From the NCBI GenBank assembly GCA_027623195.1, contig JAQBUT010000002.1, positions 1 to 64,000 of the forward strand: a stretch of 64,000 nucleotides of DNA. The letters are read 5' to 3'. A model generated the notes under the pieces. The model was not told where the DNA came from. It did not search any database and saw only the letters and a list, made by a program, of their open reading frames with translations. The position numbers and the translations under genes are program-made. This document shows, one piece after another, positions 56,632 to 64,000 of this stretch (position 1 is the stretch's first letter; each line of letters begins with the position of its first letter). This DNA comes from Chloroflexota bacterium (GTDB lineage Bacteria; Chloroflexota; Dehalococcoidia; Lucifugimonadales; JADFKI01).

Positions 56632-57388
56632 TGCCGTTGGCCTTCAGGTATTCCGTCATCTTGTCCGGGAAATTTACGGTGCCGCCGTCGGCCCCTGCGT
56701 CCACTACACGGCGCATTAATTCTTCGTTGGTCAGGCCCCAGCATCGCACTACGAAGCCGGCATCACGAATCTTGCTCACCAACTCCGGAGTCGTGATGTT
56801 GGCGCGGGGGCAAATCTGGCTGATGCCTATTTCCTTCGCCTCGTGGATAAACGAGTCGTTCCACGGCGAGCCGTCTCCCGATGGCACGAGCCATCCTTTG
56901 GGAAGCACAGCATCGTACTCCGCCGCCTCCTGAAGCCATTGCTTGTGGAACGAGGTGATGGTCGCGCTGTCATTCAGGCCGTGCGCGCGAACCATGTCGA
57001 TGGTCCGTCTTGATAGGCCGGGTTTGGCATCCCGCGCCTTAATTTCGATATGAAAGTGCAGTCGGCCCTTATAGTGCTGTAACACCTCGGCTAACGTATG
57101 AATAGGCTCTCCGGCGAACTCCGGGCCAAACCATGCCCCGGCATCCAGCTTTTGAATGTCTGCCAGGCTCTTGCCTGATACCGGGCCTGTGCCGTCTGTG
57201 GTGCGGTCTACGATATCGTCATGAATGACCACAATGTGATCGTCGCTAGTGAAGTGGACGTCCAGCTCGATGTGGCTGATGCCCATGGCTAGCGCCTTGT
57301 CGTAGGCGGCAAAGGTGTTCTCAGGCGCGTAAGACGACGCGCCCCTGTGGGCGATGTTTATGAATGTTCTTGAATGTGAATCTAGCAT
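56615..57388 (-). CDS. glycerophosphodiester phosphodiesterase
   Basis: AHRGAS..APENT, ELDV, HD, EIK, TSF. Confidence 0.92.
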   Translation of the reverse strand: MLDSHSRTFINIAHRGASSYAPENTFAAYDKALAMGISHIELDVHFTSDDHIVVIHDDIVDRTTDGTGPVSGKSLADIQKLDAGAWFGPEFAGEPIHTLAEVLQHYKGRLHFHIEIKARDAKPGLSRRTIDMVRAHGLNDSATITSFHKQWLQEAAEYDAVLPKGWLVPSGDGSPWNDSFIHEAKEIGISQICPRANITTPELVSKIRDAGFVVRCWGLTNEELMRRVVDAGADGGTVNFPDKMTEYLKANGIEQAS

Positions 57389-57393
57389 CGCGT

Positions 57394-58524
57394 TTATTCC
57401 TTGGCCTCGCGTACCATGTCCAAAAATTTGTCGAAGATGTACTCGTTGTCCAGGGGGCCGGGCGAGGCCTCCGAGTGGTACTGAATCGTCATGATGGGCA
57501 ACGACTTGTGCCGGATGCCTTCTACCGTGCCGTCGTTGAGATTCAGGTGGCTTACCTCTAGGTCTGATGGAAGGCTGTCAGCGTCCACCGCGAAGCCGTG
57601 GTTCTGCGCCGTGATATGCACCAGGCCGGTCTCCAGGTCTTTGACCGGGTGGTTGGCCCCTCTGTGGCCGAACTTCAGCTTGAAGGTCTTGCCTCCAAAG
57701 GCTCTTGCGACGACCTGGTTGCCCAGGCAAATGCCAAAAATGGGTAGCTTGCCCACCAGGTCCTTGGCCGTTTGCACGGCGTAGTCCAGGTGCTCCGGGT
57801 CGCCAGGGCCGGGGGAGAGCAGCACGCCATCGGGTTTGTGCGCCAGTATGTCCTCCGCTGTGGACGTAGCTGGCATGGCTACCACTTCACAGCCCTTGGA
57901 GCGCAGCATACGGAGGATGTTGTACTTCAGGCCGCAGTCGCTGACCAGTATTTTGTACTTTGTTTCCGGAACCTCTTTATTGGTGTACGGCGTGCTGGAC
58001 GGACTTGCAAGAGGCTGGTCCCAAGCGTACGGCTCCTCAGTGCTGACCTGACGCACGAAGTCGATATCGCCGTAGGTTGGTAGGTCCTGGAGGCGGGTTA
58101 GCGCTGCCTGCGGGGTCTGGCCCACAGCTATCATCCCCATCATCACGCCGCTGGTCCTGAGCCTGCGAGTGATGGCTCGGGTGTCCAGGCCGCTTATGCC
58201 TGGTATGCCCTGCGATTTCAAGAAATCGTCCAGTGTCATGGTGCTGAGCGAGTGACTAGGGCGCAGGCTGTGTTCCCGTACCACGAAGCCCGAGACCTGC
58301 ACTTGCTTCGATTCGAAGTCCCGTTCGTTGATGCCGTAGTTGCCTATCAACGGATAGGTTGGGATCACAATTTGCCCGGCGAACGACGGGTCGGTGAGCA
58401 TCTCCTGGTAGCCCGTCATCGACGTTGCGAAGACGACCTCGCCATGCACGGATTTATCCGCGCCAAAAGAGTAGCCGGAGTAAATGGACCCGTCTTCCAG
58501 GACCAGGTGCGCGGGTTTTCTCAT
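57394..58524 (-). CDS. carA: carbamoyl-phosphate synthase small subunit
   Basis: LEDG, GYQE.LTDPS, SPGPGDP, GICLG, QNHG, QYHSEASPGP. Confidence 0.98.
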   Translation of the reverse strand: MRKPAHLVLEDGSIYSGYSFGADKSVHGEVVFATSMTGYQEMLTDPSFAGQIVIPTYPLIGNYGINERDFESKQVQVSGFVVREHSLRPSHSLSTMTLDDFLKSQGIPGISGLDTRAITRRLRTSGVMMGMIAVGQTPQAALTRLQDLPTYGDIDFVRQVSTEEPYAWDQPLASPSSTPYTNKEVPETKYKILVSDCGLKYNILRMLRSKGCEVVAMPATSTAEDILAHKPDGVLLSPGPGDPEHLDYAVQTAKDLVGKLPIFGICLGNQVVARAFGGKTFKLKFGHRGANHPVKDLETGLVHITAQNHGFAVDADSLPSDLEVSHLNLNDGTVEGIRHKSLPIMTIQYHSEASPGPLDNEYIFDKFLDMVREAKE

Positions 58525-58525
58525 A

Positions 58526-59248
58526 TCAGTTAGCACTCAGCGATAGCAGGTGTCCCACCAGCTCCTCGGGCGCAGAGAGGAACGGCGAATGGCTGGTGTC
58601 CATAGTGAAGACCTGTTTGCATGGCAATGCTGCATACATTGCCCTCTGAGCATCGATTGGTATTGCCTTGTCCTGCAGGCACTCGATGTACACCCTGGGC
58701 ACCCGGCCAAAATTGGCATCTGTGGTCTTCATTGGCGCGCCTGATGCCTCGATAGACTGCGGGCATACCAGCGACTTCGCCCTCTCTACGTCTTCGTCAG
58801 AGCAATCGAAGTAGAAGATGTCTTTAGCTAATTCCGGTCTAATGGTGCGGTAAACGCCGTCTTTGGACACGATGCCGGAGGCAGCCCTCTCTGCGTTGGA
58901 GCGTTGCGGACTGTCGGGTACCTGGCTTTTACCACTCTTCAGCAGCGCAGCCGTCAGATACACCAGCGTGTTGATGCTGCCGGGGCAGTACTCCGCTGCC
59001 TGGGTTATTACCCTGCCGCCCATGCTGTGGCCCACGAGGATTACGGGTTCCCCTTGAGCCCCCGCCACCTCACACGCCCTCCTGGCATAGGCGTCCAGCG
59101 TCACCTCTCCGATAGGCGTGCGGTCCTGGCCGTGGCTCGGCAGGTCTGGCGCGACGGCCTTGTGTCCCGCCGCCTCCAGCAGCGGCACCACCTTATCCCA
59201 GCACCATCCGCCGTGGTACGCGCCGTGTATTAATACGTAAGTGCTCAT
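58526..59248 (-). CDS. alpha/beta hydrolase (methylesterase/salicylate esterase-like)
   Basis: HGAYHGGWCW, GHSMGG, D.AI, SHSPF. Confidence 0.9.
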   Translation of the reverse strand: MSTYVLIHGAYHGGWCWDKVVPLLEAAGHKAVAPDLPSHGQDRTPIGEVTLDAYARRACEVAGAQGEPVILVGHSMGGRVITQAAEYCPGSINTLVYLTAALLKSGKSQVPDSPQRSNAERAASGIVSKDGVYRTIRPELAKDIFYFDCSDEDVERAKSLVCPQSIEASGAPMKTTDANFGRVPRVYIECLQDKAIPIDAQRAMYAALPCKQVFTMDTSHSPFLSAPEELVGHLLSLSAN

Positions 59249-59264
59249 TTAGTTATGAATCCTA

Positions 59265-60623
59265 TTACCTAGCTGCGGACGGTTCCGTCTGATATCTAAC
59301 GTCCCCACCAACCAACGTGGCCACGACCTGCCCCTTTAGCGTGGCGCCGTCGATGGGCGTGTTCTTGCCTTTGGACAGGAAGCTTTCGGCGTCGACCACC
59401 CACTCCTTGTCGGGGTCGATGATCGTGATGTCGGCCTGGGCTCCTACTTTCAAGGTGCCGATGTCAGACCTTGCCAAGAACTTGGCTGGCCCTAAAGTGA
59501 GCTTTTCGATAAGAAGCAGAAGATCGATGTCCTTGTGATGGACCAGCGACATTAACTGCCCCAGGGCCGTCTCCAGCACGCTGATGCCGAAGGCCGCCTG
59601 CTGGAAGGTGCACATCTTGTCCGTGCGGTTGTGAGGCGCGTGGTCGGTGGCGATGAAGTCGATAGTGCCCTCTTTAAGGCCCTGAATCATAGCCAATCTA
59701 TCGGCCTCCACTCGCAGAGGCGGATTGACCTTGGCGAAGGTGTCGTAGGCGGAAGTGTTAAGCGGTTCGAAGGCCGTATCGCCGTGATGTTGGCCAAGAA
59801 CAGTCTCATCCGTAAGCGTCAGGTGATGCGGCGTTACCTCGCAGGTTACGTTATCAAGCCCGCGTTCCTTGGCTCTGCGCACCAGGTCCAGCGCGCCCGT
59901 GGTGCTCAGGTGAGCCACGTGGTAGCGGCCTCCCGTAAGTTCTGCCAGCGATATGTCCCTGGAGACCATAACGTCTTCTGCCGAGTTTGGTATGCCCTTG
60001 ATTCCCAGCCTGTTGGAGACCCAGCTCTCGTTCATGGAACCACCATTGAACAACGCTGGTTCCTCGCAGTGGTTGATGATGGGCAGACCCTGGGAAGAGC
60101 TATAAGCCAGCGCCTGTCTCATGATGTTGGAGTCTGTCACCGGGTGGCCGTCGTCGCTGAAGCCGATTACGCCAGCCTCAGCTAGCTCACCCATCTCGGC
60201 CAACTCTTTGCCCAGGCTACCCTTGGTGATGCAGCCGATGGCCAGCACTCGGACCGAAGCCTCGTCGCGGGCCTTGCGCAGTACGTATTCGACTGTAGCC
60301 CAAGTGTCCATAGTCGGGCTGGTATTGGGCATGGCGCACACCGTGGTGAAACCGCCCTTGGCCGCTGCTGCGGTGCCGGTTGCTATGGTCTCTTTGTCCT
60401 CGAAGCCGGGCTCCCTCAAGTGGCAGTGTAGATCGATGAAACCTGGGCTGACTACCAGTCCGGAGGCGTCGATAACGTCGCACGAGTCCGGCGGGTCTAT
60501 ATTGCCTTCAATAGCATGAACTACGCCATTCTTCACCAACAGGTCGGCCACCTGGTCCATGCCCTGGCTGGGGTCAACGATGCGTCCGCCTTTTATGAGC
60601 ACCTGGATTAGCGCCTTCTCCAT
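59265..60623 (-). CDS. pyrC: dihydroorotase
   Basis: DLHCHLREPG, MPNT, HCE, H.S, KVNPPLR, ATDHAPH. Confidence 0.96.
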   Translation of the reverse strand: MEKALIQVLIKGGRIVDPSQGMDQVADLLVKNGVVHAIEGNIDPPDSCDVIDASGLVVSPGFIDLHCHLREPGFEDKETIATGTAAAAKGGFTTVCAMPNTSPTMDTWATVEYVLRKARDEASVRVLAIGCITKGSLGKELAEMGELAEAGVIGFSDDGHPVTDSNIMRQALAYSSSQGLPIINHCEEPALFNGGSMNESWVSNRLGIKGIPNSAEDVMVSRDISLAELTGGRYHVAHLSTTGALDLVRRAKERGLDNVTCEVTPHHLTLTDETVLGQHHGDTAFEPLNTSAYDTFAKVNPPLRVEADRLAMIQGLKEGTIDFIATDHAPHNRTDKMCTFQQAAFGISVLETALGQLMSLVHHKDIDLLLLIEKLTLGPAKFLARSDIGTLKVGAQADITIIDPDKEWVVDAESFLSKGKNTPIDGATLKGQVVATLVGGDVRYQTEPSAAR

Positions 60624-60991
60624 TAACTTGTCCCCTCAAACCTGTCTAGAATCTCCAGCACATGCGGGTACACCGATACTTCGTTGATTCGGTCCCACCA
60701 GAAGAACTCCTCCACGGTAACGTCGTCGCGGACGTTGACTTCTCCCTCGGCCTGGATTCGGAATACGTGGTGATTGTTGTGTTTGCCGCCGTGCTGGAAA
60801 AGGTATGCGATTGTAGAAGCTACCAGAGTAGTCTCCTCATGAAGCTCCCTTGCTACTGCGGATATGGCCAGCTCGTCTGCTTCAATGCCTCCGCCGGGCA
60901 ATGCGAAGCTTGGCCTGTTGCGGTCGCGCACCAGCAGCACCTTCTCGTCGCGCATCAGAATAGCGGTTGCCCTTTGCCGAATTGACGACAA
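60623..60991 (-). CDS. NUDIX hydrolase
   Basis: LPGGG....E....AVARELHEET; TTG start at 60991 after GGGAGG, immediately past the pyrB stop. Confidence 0.85.
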   Translation of the reverse strand: MSSIRQRATAILMRDEKVLLVRDRNRPSFALPGGGIEADELAISAVARELHEETTLVASTIAYLFQHGGKHNNHHVFRIQAEGEVNVRDDVTVEEFFWWDRINEVSVYPHVLEILDRFEGTS

Positions 60992-60992
60992 G

Positions 60993-62051
60993 CTATCTTG
61001 CCTCCCTGATGGGCGTGGCGATGCCGTACAAGAGGGCCATGCGGACGGCCACGCCGTTGGTAACCTGTTCCTCGATGACCGACCTGGCTCCATGGGCTAC
61101 GTCCGGATCGATTTCGACGCCCTCGTTTACCGGCCCCGGATGCATTACCAGCACCTCGGGCTTGGCAAGGGCCAGACGCTTCCGGTTAATCCCATAGATT
61201 TTTGAGTATTCTCGCAGGCTGGGGAGATGCCCGGCCTGCTGGCGTTCCGACTGCAGGCGCAGCGTCATCACCACGTCCGCATCTGCCAAAGCCCTCTCCA
61301 AGTTAGGCTCGACGGTCACAGCGCTGAATGGATGGCCCTCCACCTCTTTCCCGCCGTTGAGGAAGTCCGTGGGCATTAGCGTGGGTGGTCCGCAGAGGAC
61401 TACATCTGCGCCCATCTTCGTTAGGCCCCACAGGTTGGAGCGCGCTACGCGGCTATAGAGCACGTCCCCAACTATGACAACCTTTAGGCCCGCGATCTTA
61501 CCAAGATGCTTTCTAATCGTGTACATATCAAGCAGAGCCTGCGTCGGGTGGGCGTGCATGCCGTCACCTGCGTTAATCACCGAGGCGTCGAGGAACCTGG
61601 AGAGGAAGTGAGGCGCACCGGAATCTGGGTGGCGAATCACAATTATGTCGGCGTTCATTGCTTGCAGCGTCAGCGCCGTGTTGTAGAGGGACTCGCCCTT
61701 CTCCACGCTGCTGCCTCTACCAGAGACGTTGATAACGTCTGCACTGAGGATCTTGCCCGCCTGCTCGAAGGATACCCTGGTGCGGGTGCTGGCCTCATAG
61801 AACATCGTTATAACGCTCTTGCCCCTAAGCGTTGGCACTTTCTTGATATCCCGTTGCAACACCTCTTTCATGGCATCGGTGTTCTGCAACACCGTCTCGA
61901 TTTCTCCCACGGAGAAGTCGTCCAGGTCGAGTATATGCTTTCGCGGGAGGCTAGGTTCATGCCCGTTGGTGTGAATATCGGTCATCAGGTGTTGCTGATT
62001 GGCAACCGGCACAGCGCCCGCCCCCAGTTGGCTAGACTGAGTCATCGTCAC
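60993..62051 (-). CDS. pyrB: aspartate carbamoyltransferase catalytic subunit
   Basis: [30 protein letters not shown]. Confidence 0.97.
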   Translation of the reverse strand: MTMTQSSQLGAGAVPVANQQHLMTDIHTNGHEPSLPRKHILDLDDFSVGEIETVLQNTDAMKEVLQRDIKKVPTLRGKSVITMFYEASTRTRVSFEQAGKILSADVINVSGRGSSVEKGESLYNTALTLQAMNADIIVIRHPDSGAPHFLSRFLDASVINAGDGMHAHPTQALLDMYTIRKHLGKIAGLKVVIVGDVLYSRVARSNLWGLTKMGADVVLCGPPTLMPTDFLNGGKEVEGHPFSAVTVEPNLERALADADVVMTLRLQSERQQAGHLPSLREYSKIYGINRKRLALAKPEVLVMHPGPVNEGVEIDPDVAHGARSVIEEQVTNGVAVRMALLYGIATPIREAR

Positions 62052-62592
62052 CTCTTCTTGTAAGCACTACCTCGTCCAGGCCGTCCACCTCTTTCATTCG
62101 CACGCGCACGTCCTCGTCGAAAGATGTTGGAACGTTCTTGCCCACGTAGTCTGCTCGTATGGGAAGCTCACGGTGGCCGCGGTCCACCAGCACTGCAAGC
62201 TGGATTTCGCTGGGCCTGCCGAAGTCGTTGAGCGCGTCCATGGCGGCGCGAATGGTGCGGCCTGTGTAGAGAACATCGTCAACTATGATGACGTGGCGCC
62301 CCTGGATATCAACTGGGATATCGGTCTTTTGCATCACCGGCCTAGCCCCTCCGGCCAGGTCGTCACGATACAGGCCGACATCCAGGGAGCCGGTGGCAAT
62401 ATCTTTGCCTTCGAACTCGCGTATGTAGGCTGCCAGTCGAGTGGTGAGGGGTACGCCCCGAGTGTGCATGCCGATGAGTACGACGTTTTGAACGCCACCG
62501 TTGCGCTCAAGAATCTCGTGGGAGATTCGCACCAGCGCACGCCGGATCTCGTCTGCGCTAAGGATAGTTCTTTCGCGTTCGGCCTGGGTCAT
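62032..62592 (-). CDS. pyrR: bifunctional pyr attenuation regulator/uracil phosphoribosyltransferase
   Basis: [38 protein letters not shown]. Confidence 0.97.
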   Translation of the reverse strand: MTQAERERTILSADEIRRALVRISHEILERNGGVQNVVLIGMHTRGVPLTTRLAAYIREFEGKDIATGSLDVGLYRDDLAGGARPVMQKTDIPVDIQGRHVIIVDDVLYTGRTIRAAMDALNDFGRPSEIQLAVLVDRGHRELPIRADYVGKNVPTSFDEDVRVRMKEVDGLDEVVLTRRGDDDSV

Positions 62593-62613
62593 GCCGCGCG
62601 CCTGTGATAGGCC

Positions 62614-62738
62614 AACAAAAAAACCTCTCGCCCTTTGGCAAGAGGTTCACGCTGCTATTCACAAGCCGACTCAATTCTAGGTGAGTCGCGCTATAGCCGC
62701 TATCCCTTGCCAGCCTCACGGGACTGTATTAAAGGGTT
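62614..62738 (-). promoter_or_regulatory. PyrR-binding attenuator leader (binding loop plus terminator)
   Basis: minus strand CCTTTAATACAGTCCCGTGAGGCTGGCAAGG matches the PyrR loop consensus; terminator AACCTCTTGCC...GGCGAGAGG-TTTTTTT before the pyrR start. Confidence 0.9.
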
Positions 62739-62766
62739 GCTGCAAATTGCTTATACTGTATTCAAC

Positions 62767-62795
62767 ATTGTAAAACGATTAGGCTCCATGTTCAA
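62767..62795 (-). promoter_or_regulatory. sigma70-type promoter of the pyr operon
   Basis: TTGAAC-N17-TACAAT about 30 nt upstream of the PyrR loop. Confidence 0.65.
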
Positions 62796-63072
62796 GTCAA
62801 TTCCCTTCGAATTTGACTTGGAAACGCTCGCGACGAATCCTGCCCTGCTAGCACAACGCCGGGAGGGAATAATTTAAGGTAGGCGAACAACCGGGAATAT
62901 CAACCTTGACGCACTCTCCGGCGAAATACTAGAATGGTTTTCGAGTCGCTCTTTATGGGCTGCACAGGCCGCTACGACGCGTTTCGGACCAGATCAGAGG
63001 ATCGTGCGCAACTCATAGGAGCAAATAAAAGGCAGGTTTTCAATCCAAAAAAAGAGAGGCGTCTTAGACCTG

Positions 63073-63498
63073 ATGTCGGCGGGTGGTGTGGTTTATCGCA
63101 TGGGCGATACCGGCGTAGAAGTGGTAATCTGCGGGAGGACGACCCCTGCCCTCTGGGGCCTGCCCAAGGGCACTCCAGAACAGAGTGAGACCCGTGAGGA
63201 GACCGCGCTTCGTGAAGTAAATGAAGAGACAGGTCTCGAGATATCCATAGAGCGGTATATAGGCAGCATAGAGTACTGGTTTAACCTTCCCAACGATGGC
63301 GTGCGCTGCCGAAAGAATGTGCATTACTACCTGATGAACCCCACCGGGGGCGATGTTTCGCTGCACGACCATGAGTTCGATTACGTGCGGTGGCTTTCTG
63401 CCGAGGACGCCGTTAGGATGCTTACGTACCAGAACGAGGTCGGAATAGTTGAGGATGCCCTTTCCCTGGTGGTCTCGAAGAAGTCCCAAACCAGCTGA
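63073..63498 (+). CDS. NUDIX hydrolase
   Basis: SAGGVV, LPKG..E..E..EETALREV.EETG. Confidence 0.9.
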   Translation: MSAGGVVYRMGDTGVEVVICGRTTPALWGLPKGTPEQSETREETALREVNEETGLEISIERYIGSIEYWFNLPNDGVRCRKNVHYYLMNPTGGDVSLHDHEFDYVRWLSAEDAVRMLTYQNEVGIVEDALSLVVSKKSQTS

Positions 63499-64000
63499 GA
63501 AGGTGCACTTGAGGGGCAAACGGATCATCCTACGTGAAAAGCGCGCTGAAGATGCGCCGGACGACTACGCCTGGCGCGTAGACGAGGAGCTGGCTCGACT
63601 GGATGCCACCAGGCCCATCAGCATGTCCTTCGAAGACTTCCAGCGATACTCACAAGATGAGATAGGCTATCCCAGCCCGCGCTCGAAGCGTTTCGGCGTG
63701 GACACTCCCGATGGCGTTCACATCGGCAACTGCATGTACTACGACATCGACTTGCGCAATGGCGAGACCGAGCTAGGCATCATGATCGGCAATCGCGAAT
63801 ACTGGAGCAAGGGCTACGGTCGCGATACGGTCAACACCCTCCTCGACTACATCTTCACCAACACAACCATGACCCGCGTGTACCTACATACGCTGGAGTG
63901 GAATAATCGGGCGCGGCGATCCTTCGCACAGTCCGGATTCCGCGAGCTCAAAAAGGTCCGGCGCAGCGGCCTGGACTTCGTGCAAATGGAGATCATGCGC
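63455..64000 (+). CDS. GNAT N-acetyltransferase (RimJ/RimL-like), runs off the window end
   Basis: hand translation: LRGKRIILREK...HIGNCMYY...ELGIMIG.REYWSKGYG...YLHTLEWN.RA..SF...GF; no stop before 64000, so absent from the ORF track. Confidence 0.85.
   Translation, partial: MPFPWWSRRSPKPAEKVHLRGKRIILREKRAEDAPDDYAWRVDEELARLDATRPISMSFEDFQRYSQDEIGYPSPRSKRFGVDTPDGVHIGNCMYYDIDLRNGETELGIMIGNREYWSKGYGRDTVNTLLDYIFTNTTMTRVYLHTLEWNNRARRSFAQSGFRELKKVRRSGLDFVQMEIMR

Noticed and set aside
60992..61093. N-terminal extension of the NUDIX ORF overlapping pyrB
   Set aside because: Alternative-frame read-through of pyrB; TTG at 60991 has a good SD
63025..63075. Fourth non-canonical start (ATA/ATC) for the NUDIX gene at 63073
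   Set aside because: An in-frame extension exists, but SD support is weak and the ATG start gives a plausible protein

Overview
Bacterial chromosomal window spanning the probable replication origin. Gene content suggests Chloroflexota, class Dehalococcoidia, possibly SAR202-like; this is inferred from dnaA/obgE/nadD linkage, the DUF3090/SCO1664 pair, F420-type PPOX and enolase-superfamily paralogues. Housekeeping genes are dnaA, obgE, nadD, pyrE, rpsU, yajQ, purB, sbcC and a PyrR-attenuated pyrR-pyrB-pyrC-carA-carB operon with four unrelated genes interleaved. Catabolic genes include a Co-type nitrile hydratase, a CoA-transferase, and FAH, MR/MLE, SDR and GH105-like proteins. The most notable observations are: (1) an NLR-like STAND protein (2 TM helices, G/N/Q/V-rich amyloid-like segment, NB-ARC, near-identical 42-aa TPRs) lying between dnaA and the DnaA-box/DnaA-trio origin; (2) an intact LigA-derived protein with its catalytic motif residues replaced, fused directly to BRCT; (3) a lower-GC ABC-ATPase + DUF4276 pair resembling PARIS/AbiL-type defence modules; (4) three genes whose conserved N-termini appear to start at AUC/ACG codons; (5) candidate structured RNAs upstream of nthB and next to sbcC; (6) a junction truncating two convergent genes at one point. 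No rRNA, tRNA, CRISPR array or transposase was recognised. All family calls come from motif reading, not database searches.
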